A DNA stretch of 64,000 bases from the human T2T-CHM13v2.0 reference genome, Homo sapiens (GCF_009914755.1 NC_060929.1), one strand, 5' to 3'. Counted from the first letter of the stretch, positions 1 through 19,659 are shown. Notes: a model not told the origin generated them from the sequence alone. Program-made: numbers and translations.

Positions 1-1375
<1,375 letters not shown>

Positions 1376-2114
1376 AAAATATTGAAACTCTTGGTTCTTT
1401 CCCATTTAATATATTTTATAGGCCCAGTTTTATCTCTTTTTATGGTTTATATATCATCATGAAGAAATATTACTTGGAGTAGTGTTTTCTAAAAGGCAAA
1501 GTGAAGAGTTTGTCCTTAGGCCCCTCACAGTCCCTATTACCAGCAAGAACAACCTTTGGGCACATGCCTGCTTCTAGTTTTCACCCTGCCCGCTTATCCA
1601 CTTAGGATATTCTCAGGCAAGTAAGAGTTGTTGCGTGCAATGCAAAACTTTCCGTCTTTGGCCTCTTCTTGCCATGTTACAGGCTGGAAGTTACCATACC
1701 TAAATGACACATTGGACGTTTCAGTACTTAGATTTACAGTTGATCATAGCAAGTTGATTGTATGCATTTCTCTTCATGCTCACATGAACAATTAAAACAA
1801 AATGAATAAATGAGAAAAGTTAAAGACAGAAAAAATATTATATTCAAGAAGTACTAAGAGACAGTAGTGGATAAGAAATACCAACCAGTTTTGGAAAGCT
1901 GAAAGACAGAAAGTAGAGTAGTAATGAGACTGGCAGAGGAGGCTAAAGTCTAAATACTCCCAGAAAGGGATGATAATAAAATTAAGTCTATGCATTAGAG
2001 CACTAGAGAGTCTCAGGGAACACTGAAAGCCAGGATGAGGCTTGAGATAGAAAAATGTGGATAAATGATAGAAGAGTAACTCCCAGCACCATACCAACAT
2101 AATACGATTCCTCC

Positions 2115-3138
<1,024 letters not shown>

Positions 3139-3760
3139 CTCCCAGCCTCTGCAGGAAAACCAGTCTCTTCACTGGAGCAATTAAACGGAAATTTCCTGAC
3201 TGTAGAGCAGCAGTTACAGAGGAGGGTGTGATGAAGGGCAAGACTGACACTCGGAGATAATGTGGGAAACTTTCTTTATAAATCTTGATGCCCCACATTT
3301 CTTCCTCTGTCTATGCTCAGAAAGCAGATAATTAGGCAACTGGAAGATTCTTCTTTAAAGCTATGACCAAGATGATGGCCTTAATGCTTCTATCAGCTGG
3401 CTAAGCTTTAAACAGTCCTCTTCCTAACAATACTCCTTATCTCCCATTTCTTGGCACATTTACTTTCAAAAACTTTCAATCGTAAATTCTTTCTCTGCCC
3501 TTTTGAACTGTAAATCTTCCACAATCCAGGAATATCTTTCTTAAGGGCCTAGGAGCCATCTCCTTGAAACATGGTCATTGGTAAAGATAGTTCCCCTATA
3601 TTCGAGTCTCCTTGGGAATGTGGGAGCCTAACTTCCAAGGATGCCAGTTAGCAACAAGAGGTGGCCCAGTCACATAGGCCAGCCTTCTCCCGGTGTCCTC
3701 CAGTACTTTTCCGCTAACTCACCTCAATGCTTAAGAACTCTCCCACCTTTTGTTTCAGAG

Positions 3761-4465
3761 TGTTACTGTAGGTAGTCAGGCAGACATGAGCAGGTCAGGA
3801 GAGGGGCCCTACCTACTACTCAGGAAGGATTGTCAGGCAACCATCAGGTGATGATGGACTGGTTATTAGAATTGTCTCTCTAAAATAATTGGTTGCAGCT
3901 GGTGCCAGGGAAAGGCGGTCTCCCAACAGATAGAAAAAAACTGAAACTGATGATAAGCAGCTTCCTGATAAGATCTTAGGAGTTGAGCAAGTGGGCTCAA
4001 GCATGCACACTAAGAGGCAAAATGGTAGAGTTTAACTGGTTTATGACCTTCCTCTAGGATCACACAACTGGTAAGGGAAAGATGCCTCAAGTGAGCATGT
4101 GTACAACTTCAGTAAACACTGTGCATGTGTCCCCTCCCAAATGCCGGCAGGCTGCTGCACACGAGGACAGCCCACCCCAAGGGAGGAATCAGGGGAGAAG
4201 GGATGAAGCCCCCCTGGAAGTATGCCAATGTATAAAACCCCAAATCAAAGGTGAAACTGTGCATTTGAACTCTCAAGTTGCCTACTTGGCCCTTTTCCCA
4301 ATTACTTTACTTTCTTTCAGTCCTGCTCTAAAACTTTTTAATAAACTTTCACTGCTGATCCAAAACTTGCCTCAGTCCCTCGCCTTATGTCTCTTGGTTG
4401 AATTATTTTTTCTGATGAGGCAAGAATTGAGGTTGCTCCATACCCATATAGATTCGCCACTAGCA
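3761..4465 (+). mobile_element. MER50-like ERV1 solo LTR
   Basis: Starts TGTTACTGTAGGTAGTCAGGCAGACATGAGCAGG, contains TATAAAA (~4231) and AATAAA (~4340), ends in CA. TSD AGAG at 3757-3760 and 4466-4469. Confidence 0.8.
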
Positions 4466-4560
4466 AGAGGAGTTTAGTTCCATCTCTTCCTTCTATTACA
4501 ATAGTCTTGAGTAAAGTCTTACTTATTTCTTCACTTCACTTGAGATAGTTGATGCAGCTT

Positions 4561-5160
4561 TGTTGTGTGGGGTAAATACCCAGGGTTTGTCGTCTCATGT
4601 CAAGAAAATTTAGGACACGGACACACATGAGTAGTTTAGGAGCAGAAGTTTAATTGTCAGAAGAAAGAGAAAGAAGAACAGCTCTCTCTCTCTTTCTAAT
4701 GAGAGAGGAGCTACCAAAGTGAAAGATCAGCTAATAGCAGAGTCCACTGGATTATATAGGCAGGCTTGAGGAGGCGGTGTCTGCTTTATTTAGGGACCAC
4801 AGATTGGTTCAATCAGGTATGACATTTACATAGTGCACAGGAAAGGCTGGCCACCCATCCTAATCTTATTATGCATACGGGCTTTGCACTTGACCTGTGA
4901 CATCTTGTCTGTTCCTTACTGTACATGTGGCTGACAAAAAAGAAGAGAAGATGGAGCCACCATTTTGAATATGCCTAGATAGTATTTATCTGCTGGCCTG
5001 CTTCCAGCTTGCTTGTCTATGTCTGCAGCTTAATTTTACAGGCTTCTCTTTGTTAGAAAATGATTTGAGAGCTGCTTTTCATTAAAAAGGAAAACCTTAC
5101 TGAGGACTTCAGTACCTTCACTATCTGCCTAAGTAATTTCTTCTTAACTCCTATGTTATA
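4561..5160 (-). mobile_element. LTR9/MER61-group ERV1 solo LTR
   Basis: The minus strand starts ...GGAGTTAAGAAGAAATTACTTAGGCAGATAGTGAAGG; near-TSD gctt/gttt. Confidence 0.7.
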
Positions 5161-6646
5161 GTTTTCCTTTGAGAGCTCAAAGGTCTCCCAGAAAAGACCT
5201 GCAGATGCTATAATGTGTGAAGTATTAACTGTTTAATTTTCATACTGCGAGGAGGTCCATTTGTGGCAAAACGTGGTCACATACACATAGCTTCTCATGC
5301 ATCACTCTTACATATGAACTGGCAGCCAGGCTCATCAACCATTTGTGAAAAGCTTTCATTCAGAATTCAGAAGAAAAGCCCAACAGATCATTGAACTAAG
5401 TGGGAGGTGGGTGGGGAGGGAGAGAGAGAATGAATACTGTATACCAAAGTAAGTCAGAGGAGTTATGGAATGAGAGTGTTATCATTTATATTGTTCTGGA
5501 AAAGGTTAGGGTATTGATTATAGTGTACTAGTAAGCATGGTAAAATGTCCAGGGTTTAAACTGAAAGAACAAAAATACAGTGGTAACTTTACAAACGGTG
5601 TGAGAAAATAAATGAAAGATGATCACAAAAGAGAAAGGATGCTCTGCAACCACTATCCTGCAAAATAAAAAGGGAGAAAATGGAGGAATAAAAGAAAGAA
5701 ACAAAATAAAACAGACTAAATGGGAGCAAGGAAAACAGTAAAAAATTAAAAAGTCTAGGAGAACCATTATGTACAATAAATATAAACTTGCCAATTAAAA
5801 GAGATTGTAAGCCTGTACTTTTTAAAAATAATGGATTTGTGCTATTTAGTAAAGATATACCTAAAATATAAAGTCACAGCAAAGTCAAAAGGACAGAAAA
5901 AGATGTGCTAGGTAAATACTAGCCAAAAGAAAGGGGACGCATCTTTGCTTTCCTGTGTCCTCTTTATATGCCACTGACTCAAGTTTATTGGTAGTGCTGC
6001 TAAAATATTCTATATCTTGTCAATTTTAATCTTTTATTCTATTAATTACTGAAAAAAGTAGATTACATTTCTGATTATGAAGCTTATTAATATTTTCTTA
6101 AAATATTGTCAAGTTTTTTGCTTCATGCATTTTGAGGCTATATTATTAAGTGCCTGGAAATTTAGAAATATTATTCCTTAGTTTTACCTTCTTGTCAAAA
6201 TGTAGTTAGTCCAATTATTATTAATAAAGTTTGTTTTCATAAAGTTTGTTTGATCTGATATTCATATAGCCACCTTGGCTATATTTTGCTTAGTATTTTC
6301 TTGATCTGTCTTTATTCTCCTGTTGCTTCTAATATCTTTCTTTTGACTCTAAGCTCTACAGTTCCACTTATATGTGTCTAAGTGTGTATTTCTTATTATT
6401 TATCTCACAATATGTCAGAATCTCTGAATTTGAGAATTTGAGAAGTTCTCAGAAGTTCTTTTTGGACATTGCTTCTCTCTGTGTTCTCTTCTGGAAACAG
6501 TTGTATTTTCAGTCTGATTCTTTGCTCTTATTTTTTAGCTTCTCTTGTTCTCCATCTCTTTGTCTTTCTAGGCTCTTTTCCGATGACTTTAATGAGGTTA
6601 AACACTTTCTTTTGTTTTGGGTTTTAACTTAAATTTTTTAAGAAAT

Positions 6647-7068
6647 TGATATGATTTGGAGCTGTACCCCCGCTGAAATATCTTGTTGAAGGTCATAATC
6701 CCCAGTGCTGGAGGTAAGACCTGGTGGGAGGTGACTGGATCATGGGGGAAGAGTTCTCATGAATGGTTAAGCACCATCCCCTAGGTTCTGTTCTCATGAT
6801 ATGTGAGTGAGTGAGTTCTTGTGAAATCTGGTGGTTTAAAAGTGTGTACCATCTTCCTCTCTCTCTCTTTCTCCTGTTTCAGCCATGTAGGACATAACTG
6901 CTTCCCCTTCACCTTCGGTGAAGTAAGTTTCTTGAGGCCTCCCCAGAAGCTGATGCCACTATGCTGCCTGTGCAGCCTGCAGAACCATGAGCCAATTAAA
7001 TCTCTTTTCTTTATAAATTACCCAGTCTCAGGTATTTCCTTAAAGCAGTATGAGAATAGACTGATATA
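6647..7068 (+). mobile_element. MST (MSTB-like) MaLR solo LTR
   Basis: tgatatgatttgg start; ggtgggaggtgactggatcatgggg and ataaattacccagtctcaggtatttc...gactgatata end are typical of MST LTRs. Confidence 0.85.
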
Positions 7069-7452
7069 ACATATTAAGCACATATTTAATGTTTGATATT
7101 TAGTAACTCAATTATCTAAAATTATTTTCAGCATTTTTTTCTCCTATAGATTCTCATTGATGGTGGCTAGTTTTATGATGTGTTTTTAAAAATCAAATTG
7201 TATTTTTAGAATTGGGGAAATCCTATGAGGCCCAAGCTGTTTTGTTATTTATTTTTATTTATTTATTTATTTATTTTTGCTTTTTTTTTTTTTGACAGGA
7301 ACTCTAAACTATAACTAAACTGTGACCCCTCTTAAGCTCTTTACTTTGGACTTCCTGGATCTTTCCAATACTGTACATTTGAATCCCTAATGGTGAGAAG
7401 ATCAACTTCTATTATTTTTTCTGGAGAAGACATATAACCCATCCAGATTTGA

Positions 7453-7909
<457 letters not shown>

Positions 7910-8466
7910 TGAAGACTGGCAACATGCTATAGGACAGCTCTAATTTACCTTCACTTTTTCTCTCAGTTCCAGGTCCCCAGAAATATATCCAAGCTCTTGA
8001 GGAGCTCTTCTCTGCATTCAAAGGAATATTTGATATTTTATCCGAATATTTCTTGATGTTTGGTAATAGGAGATTTTTTGGAATATTTAGTCCATTATTT
8101 AAGTATAAATAGAGGCCAGTCTAATTATTTTTTATATTGAAAGTATAATATATTTAAGAATTTATAATGACTTAATGCACTGAAATATGTTAAAATGGAA
8201 ATTTAGTAGAAGAAAGTAGAAAGTTTTATTTAGATCCCTCTTAGTGTTATTTGCTAACGATTTTTCTCTTTCTTGTGCATTACATTTTTAAGTAGAAATA
8301 ATTTCAAGGTTGAAGAAACAAACTGAAAAACAATTAGGCAAAAGATCCACATAGATACCTATTTCAAATAGTTAAAGAGCCTGTGGAAATATATCTGAGA
8401 GCCTGAGGTTGACCGTAAAGATGGTAATAAGACAAGATGCTCTGGCCTCAAAGAAAAATAATTCTA

Positions 8467-11577
<3,111 letters not shown>

Positions 11578-13019
11578 TTTGTGTCTGACCCTTGGAGCCC
11601 CTTTTGTGTTACTATGATATTCTAGAGCCCACTCTGCTCTTCCTGCATTTGTTCCAGATAATGAAATGCTTGTGGTGACTTATCTATCAAGAATAAGAAA
11701 ACCATCTATTTTAAATGGTACACACTTCTTGGTCTTTATTATTAAGTCGGTTTCTCTAGTCTCTAAACTTATTTTTTTCTATTAGCCCAGATTTCAGTTA
11801 TTTGTATATTTTTATTAGTATGCCTGCCATACCCAAAATTGGGTAAGGCAGTGATGTTTTTCATTTACATAGTGCATCTTGTTTGTGTGTTGAGATTTGA
11901 TATTACAAGCAAGATAAGAACATAATTACAAGATAATTTAAAAGAAACTGGCCATACATTTTTTCTCTCTTCCTCCTCCTTTCTGCACTCCCTCTAACCC
12001 CCCTGTACTGTAAGACAAGAAAAATGGTGCTTCTCCAGGAAATACCGGGAAGAAGTTACAATGAGAAAGAGTTCAGCAGAAGCAAAACTGAACGTATCTC
12101 TAACCATTGTTAAGTCTTTAAAATTTGCTGCTAAACCAAACCTAATGGTTTAGATAGACCAACCACTACATCCCTGACATTTCAACGTTCCTTGCAGCCA
12201 TGGCCATTGCCATGTATCTTTGCATTTCATCCCATCAAAACTCTGAGTATATTTCCATGTCCCTGGTTTTGTATTTGGTTCCGTGACTTGGTTTTGTGGT
12301 GTGACATGTGAAAGATATTCAACTAGAACATTGTTAGTAGTACCCTGGAATTATACTATGAAAAATGCCAAGCATGAGATGTTTATGTTAAACCATTCTA
12401 ACTTGGGAAGAAGGGCAAGCTTTTTATGGGGGCTTTAACATAAGGGAACCAATCAAAGTTCAACAAAGCTTAGCAGGAAGGGCTAGGCCAAAGTATGATT
12501 AATTTTGGAAATGGGAATAGAAAAATTGATCTTATGAATTAGCGGCCTGGATTTTAAATAACTTTCTATTTACTTTTTCACAGGTAAAAGTTAGGGTCAT
12601 GGTTAACCATTTAACATAGTGTACCACTTAGTCATAGGCATATATTTAATTTAGAAGATATTTTTTGTTAGTCTAGATATTACCATTCTTTGCCTCTTGG
12701 ACAGCCTTTGATGGGTAACTGGCATAATTCACACCTCTCTTGTCCAAACAATAAAACTCCTTCTATTGAATTTATTTTAATATAAACACATTTTAAATGT
12801 ACAATTTATTGAAATTCTTTAAAACCAGGGACTATATGAGTCCAGTAAGTATATTTTGATTTGAATTAAAATTCAAGTAATTTATTTCACTGAATCCAAT
12901 CTAATTATTGGTTTGTGTGAATTTTACCTATGTGAAAAAATTTGAAAGGATATTTGAAAAAAGGAATAAAAGACATATATCTGATGTATCTGATAAAATA
13001 CTTTAGGAAGTATTTTCAG

Positions 13020-14280
13020 ATTGAAGATGTACATATAACACCTGAAATTATAAAACTACTGAAAGAGAGCATAGGAAAAATACCTGCAGACATTGGTCTA
13101 GGCAAAGATTTTATGGCTAATACCTGGAAAACATGAATAATAAAAATTTAAAGAGACAAATGGGACTATATTAAACTAAAAAGCTCTGTATAGCAAAGGA
13201 AACAATCAACAGACTGAGGATACATCCTGTTGAATGAGAGAAAACATTTGCAAACTATTCTTCTGATGAGGGACTAATACCTAGATTATGTAAGGAACTC
13301 AATACTAAATCAAATAATTCCATTAAAAAGTGGGCCAAGGACATGAACGGACATTTCTCAAAAGAAGACATACAGACGGCCAAGAGGTATATGGAAAAAT
13401 GCTTAACATCGCTAATCATCAGGGAAATGCAAATCAAAACCACAATGAGATATCATCTTTCCCCAGTTAGAATAGCTATTCTTAAAAAGTCCAAAAATAA
13501 CAGATGTTGGTGAGGATGTGGGGAAAAGGAAACTCATATGTCGTTAGTAAGAATGTGAATTAGACCAGCCACTATGAAAAACTATAGAGATTTTCCAAAA
13601 AGCTAAAAATAGAACCACCGTATGATCCAGCAATTCCACTGCTAGATATGTATCCAAAGGAAAAGAAGTTTGCATACCAAAGGAATACCTATACTTGAAT
13701 GTTTATTACAGCACCATTCACGAGAGTCAAGATATGTAATCAACCTAAGTATCCACCAAAGGATGAATGAATGAAGAAAATGTGGCACACATACACGATG
13801 GAATAGGATTTGGCCATATAAAGGAATGAAATCTTGTCATACGCAGCAACATGGATGAAACTGGGGGTCATTATGTTAAGCAAAATAAGCCAGGCACAGA
13901 AAGAAAAATATTGCATGTTCTCATCAGAGATAAAAAATATTTACCTCATAAAGGCATAGAGGAGAATGACAGATACTAGGGGCTTGGAAGGATGAGTAGG
14001 TGGGAGGGGGAGGTAGGATAATGAGTACCAACATACACATTAGATAATAGGTATAAGTTCTATGGTTCAACAGCAGAGTAGAGTGACTATAGTTAACAAT
14101 GTATTGTATAGTTCCAAGTAGCTGGAAGATAGGACTCAAATTGTTTCCAACACACAGAAATGATAAATATTCAAGGTGATGAATACCTCAAATACTCTGT
14201 CTTGATCATTATATATTCTGCGCATGTAACAAAAATCACATGTACCCCATAAATATGTAAAATATTATGTATTAATAAAA
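13020..14280 (+). mobile_element. L1MA-type 3' end (L1MA2-4-like)
   Basis: Degenerate ORF2 C-terminus plus L1MA-style 3'UTR ending cacatgtaccccataaatatgt...aataaaa. Confidence 0.85.
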
Positions 14281-14663
14281 TACACATTAGTTTTCAGTAT
14301 TCCCAGTGCAGCCTTAAACAAATCAAATGCTTACTGAAGGTGTCCAGTATATTTAGAATGTATAACATATTTTTTTTCTGCCCTCAAGGACTACAATCAA
14401 AGTGGGTGGAGTGGAACAGACCATAGATTCTGTGGGAATGCCAAGAGGGAGACTAAACTGTGGGATACAGTAGTCTGAGAATATTTCATTTTATTGGTCA
14501 CATATATTTTCGTGTGTACAGGAATGTATTACCTTCTTCCCTAATGCAAATACTAATGTCTTCCTATTTTCTCCTTGTCCTTTGCTCACCTTAAATAAAT
14601 AAGTAGATTTCAGCTAGAGGCATTATCAGTGGGCAACTGATGATAATAAAACATGTATCCTAG

Positions 14664-15014
<351 letters not shown>

Positions 15015-15052
15015 CTATGGAATAATTCACATTGGTGTTTATAAAAAAAATA

Positions 15053-15345
15053 TAAAGAGACAAATGGGACTATATTAAACTAAACAACTCTATAGCAAAG
15101 GAAACAATCAATAGAGTGAGAATACATCCTGTTGAGTGACAGAAAACATTTGCAAACTATTCTTCTGACAAGGGACTAATACCTAGAATATGTAAGGAAC
15201 TCAATACTAAAAAACTCTGTACAGCAAAGGAAACAATCAACAGAGTGAGGGTACATCCTGTTGAATGAGAGAAAATATTTGAGAACGAGTCATTTGACAA
15301 GGGACTAATACCTAGCATATGTGAGGAACTCAATGCTAAAACAAA
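15053..15345 (+). repeat. Two tandem copies of an L1MA segment derived from 13149-13314
   Basis: Direct similarity to 13149-13314, including tacatcctgttga and ggaactcaat(a/g)ctaaa. Confidence 0.85.
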
Positions 15346-15440
15346 CGGGAACTGGATACTACAAAGAAGCTGACAGAACACCTGTTAGTGTGCGGGGCTC
15401 ATGGCCCAGAAAAAAGGGGGTACCTTTTCCTGCAGTTCTA

Positions 15441-16662
15441 ACTTAATGCTTATAAAAATTGATTGAAGTGTGGATGATAGAAACCCAGAATTATGATCTT
15501 TACTGATCCAACAGTGACTATTTAAAATATGCTCTTTATTTTTTGTTTTGTTAACAGAGATAAAGAAAAGACAACAACATGGTCTCCCTAGGGCTCTACA
15601 TAAAGAGTTATTTTTTTAATCCTTTGATTTATTCATGATTTCATTTCTTTTGCATATGGGTTGATGGCTTCAGCTTTCCACAAAAAAAAAAGGAAAAAAA
15701 AAGAAAAAGAAAAAAAAAAAGGATATTGAGACCTAAACTCTCTACTAAGTCTTAAAAGTGCTTTTACTTCTATGGTATTGAAAGCAAAAATGAAGTTTGA
15801 ATAATGAGGTTATCCCATATAGGAAATAAAAATAGGACATTAAAAATTTTTTTTCCAATTTTTTCTTCATATTTAGTTGAACAAAAGTAGACAGTCTGAG
15901 TTACATACTTACAAAAGCCAATCTTGTGGCATATATACATTAGCTCCACTATACATACTATCACCCAAAATGTGTCCACAGAAGACTTAACATGAAGTAT
16001 ATATCTTTTGACTTGGAACATTTGTGCTTCTGGTCTTACTGTGGTCTTACCCCATGCTAGAGTTATAATACTATTCCATTATAATGTGACACAATTTGAG
16101 TTCTGTCAACCCTTTTATCATCTTTAAGTCAGGAAATCTTCTTGCAATATATTGACATACCAAGTGTCTAAAGAGATTTTATGCAGTGCACTTAGAAAAC
16201 TGATTTATTTTTAAGAGCAAGCGACCTAGATTTATAATAGACCAAGTGATTGAATGCTAACCATCTCTCCTCACAAGTCATAATGGGCAGTTCATTAATA
16301 ATGTTTTAAAGAAAATAAAACATGAATTGGGAGAACGTCCAGGATAGAATGTTACTCCAAAGGTTCATGTGTCATTGTCATAGGGAAGGAAAATCTTATA
16401 AACCTTTATACTTTTAGTTTTATGTAACAATATATACATATAAAATATATTTTAAGACTGGCTTTTGTAAGTATGTAACTCAGAATGTCTACCTTTGTTC
16501 TGGATAACAAACTTAATTTGAAGAAAAAAATGTTTTGGATAACCATTTCATTTTTACTAACAAAAGGTAAACAGCAGATTTTAAATAGCCACTGTTTGAT
16601 TGGTAAAGATCATAATTCTGGCGTTGAATAATCTGCACCTCAATCAATTTAAAATCATCAGT
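15441..16662. repeat. Long degenerate inverted repeat (possible ancient DNA transposon with long TIRs)
   Basis: 15456-15545 vs reverse complement of 16561-16650: 74/90 ungapped identity. 15879-15925 vs reverse complement of 16454-16500: 44/47. Confidence 0.8.
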
Positions 16663-16699
16663 TACTTGATTCCTATCAAATAAAATTCTTATCAAATGT

Positions 16700-19370
16700 T
16701 TTATTATGAATTACTCTCTTTAACTCCAGTAATGTTTTCTTTTTTTGCCTTGAAATCTATTTTGTCTGTTGTTAATATAGCTTTACCAGTTTATTTTGGT
16801 TAGTGTATGTTTTTATTATTCTCTTACTTTCAAACATTCTGTCTTACATGTGGCTCTTGAAATCAGCATACAGTTATATTTCAGTTTTTAAACTTATTTA
16901 CAAATATTCATCTTCTAAATAGAGCATTGTCTCCATTTACATTTACTGCATTTAATAAAATATTACAGTTCAAATTTACTATCTTGTTCTGGGATTTATA
17001 TATTTATATTCTTTCATGTTTCATTTTCTCTACTTTTTTTGGATTGATTATGATGTTTTAGCTATAAATTTTTAAAAACATTTCATTTTGTCAGACACAT
17101 GTATTCATGTAACTACCACTACTGTGAAGATATAGAATTATTCCACCACTACAAAGTATTGTGTTACCCTTTGTGTTACCTTTTATAGTCATATGCAATC
17201 CCTTCTTCCCCATCATCCTTATGCTGGGCAACCATTAATCTGTTCTCCATAAAAATTTGTAATTTTAAAAATGTTTTATAAACTGATTTTTATGTGATCT
17301 GTAATGTTTGTGAGGGTATCTCTGTATTAGTTTGCTAGGGCTGCCATAAAAAAATAGTGGGTAGCTTAAATAACCGAAATTTCTTTTCTCACAGTTCTGG
17401 AGGCTGGAAGTCCAAGATCAAGGTGCTATCAGGGTTGGTTTCGGCTGTGGCCTCTCTTCCTGGCTTGTAGACAGCTATCTTCTCGCAGTGTCCTCACGTG
17501 GCCTCTTTGTGTGAAGGTACGATGGTGGGTGCAGAGAGTTTTGTTATTTCTTGGCTCCCAAGGTCCCTACCTGGTCTGCCTTTTCTCTCCACCTTTCAAC
17601 GTCTTCTGTTCATTTTATATATAATGTCCAGGGATCTTAGCTATACTTAGAGGAAAAAGATAAGTATGTTTACTGCATTAATTATGTTGAATCATTTCAT
17701 TGCTTTTTTGGCTGGTTTAGAAGTTTTTATTTAGTTACATGGTTAAACTATAGATATTAAGTTTATCAATACTTTTATCCTCTTTCTGGGAAATACAATG
17801 ACCTTTGAATAGTTTGATCCCACTTATGTATCTACTCCCAACTTGTCCTCATATATTTTAATTTTATACTCGAAAACCCCACAAGTTGTTATTTTTAATG
17901 TTTCATATAATGATATTTAGTTTTTTCCACCTTTTTATCACTTCATTTTATTCATTCCTCTTGTATATCATATTCTCCATCTGGGTTTATATTTTCTTTT
18001 GCTTCAAGTACGTCGTAAATAATTTCCAGTATGGGTTTATGAGTAGCAAACACTTTTAGTTTCTGTTTGTCTGAAAAAATACATTTTACTGGCATCCTTA
18101 AAAGATGATGTTACTGAGTAGAATTAGTTACTTTCTTTCAATATATTGAGTATATTATTCTACTGTTGTTTTTTCTCTTTTTATTTTGGGAGGTTTTCTT
18201 TGCTTCCATTTATGCTCCTGTAAAAGTTATCTGTCATATTTCTATGATTGTTTCAAAATGTGGTGTTTGTCTTTGGCATTCTACAGTTTAATTATGATGG
18301 GTCCAGGTGTAGATAATATTGTTTTTATTTATTCAGCTTGAGATTCATTGGTATTTTGTGTATGTGGATAGGGATATTTTATTATTCATGGAATAGTCAG
18401 CTATTATTCAAACAATGCCCCATTCCTATTTTCCCTCTCTTTTCTTTCTGGAACTCTGTTTTAGTTTATATCCATACTTTTCAATATATTCTTTATGCTT
18501 TTTATATGTGCCTATATTTTCCTTTTTATGTTTCTCTATGCTTGCAGCTCACAAATTCTGTCTATATATGTCTGTGACTATATCTCTTTGTCTGTATGAC
18601 TGCTAAATTTATCCAGTGAGCTTTTAATTTTAATAATTATATTTCTCACTCCTTAAAGTTGCATTTTTATTACTAGATTTCTATTTTATAATTTCCTTAA
18701 TATGTTAAGTTTGTTTTGTTTCCTTAAATACAGCAAGCATAATATTTTTATAGGTTTTATCTGAAAAACGAAAATATTTGAAATCTTTAGGGATATGTTT
18801 CTTTTGTCATATTTGCCATGCTGCCATGTTTAGTTGTCTTTGTGTCAGGTTATCATATGTGAAAATATATTCACTAAATAGATGAAGTACCTTTCTCTAG
18901 AGAGAATTGCCGTTTGCATCTGTTATGTAGATTAGGGTATTACTAATTCAAAAGCACCTAATTCCAAGTTTAAGTCTTAAAACTACCTGTTGACTATTAA
19001 TTTCTAGTATCACACTATGATATTTTAGCCTTTTTGGGTCTCAGATTACTGTGCTAAATTTCCATTATTAGGCTTTACTTTCATGGGTATCAGGTTTAAT
19101 TTTGGTTCTTCCTGACAGCAAAGATTTTAACACACAAGTTCGAATTTATTAGTATAGGCAAATGCCATCTAGGTAAAAACAGCATTAATACTTGGTTACA
19201 CCTGGTAGTTTACATTTCCTGTTAGTTTTATCCTAATGATTTCTTATTATCTTTTTATGTCACCTTGCTTTTAAAAAAATGTAAGAAATGTTTCATCCGG
19301 TAGTTTAAATTACTTTTGGTAAAGGAGAGGTGGTATGAATAGCTTAGAATGCCGTTACCAGAAAGCAGAC
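16700..19370 (-). mobile_element. Ancient L1M remnants (composite)
   Basis: T-rich degenerate antisense L1-like sequence with nested fragments. Confidence 0.55.
17323..17510 (-). mobile_element. MLT1 (MLT1A-C-like) partial LTR
   Basis: tgtattagtttgctagggctgccata...ctcacagttctggaggctggaagtccaagatcaagg. Confidence 0.85.
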
Positions 19371-19599
19371 ATTCTTTTACCCTGTCTCAGGCATCAGCAA
19401 ATTTCTAAAGTTTGCAACATTAGAAGCATCATTTTATATATTTAGGAAAACTGAACATAATCAGCCTAGGACTTTAAAAGATGAATTAAGTCTTAGAGCT
19501 AATCTTCTTACTTGATGCTTCGTGGACTTCATAGCTCTTAGTAACATCCATTTCCAGCTCTTTTGAGGAGACAGGTAGATAGACAGATAGATGTGTGTG

Positions 19600-19601
<2 letters not shown>

Positions 19602-19654
<53 letters not shown>
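19602..19654. repeat. (TA)~26 microsatellite
   Basis: Uninterrupted TA run. Confidence 0.98.

Positions 19655-19659
<5 letters not shown>

Larger units (their letters stand above)
3364..5174 (+). mobile_element. MER31-like ERV1 LTR split by two nested LTRs
   Basis: MER31-like sequence at 3364-3760, 4470-4556 (caatagtcttgagtaaagtctt) and a terminal ttcctttgaga at ~5165-5174; flanks gcta/gctc form a near-TSD. Confidence 0.65.

Noticed and set aside
16513-16695. 60-aa minus-strand ORF with protein-like composition as an exon
   Set aside because: It coincides with the inverted-repeat arm; the homologous arm has stop codons in the same frame, and no good splice donor is present.
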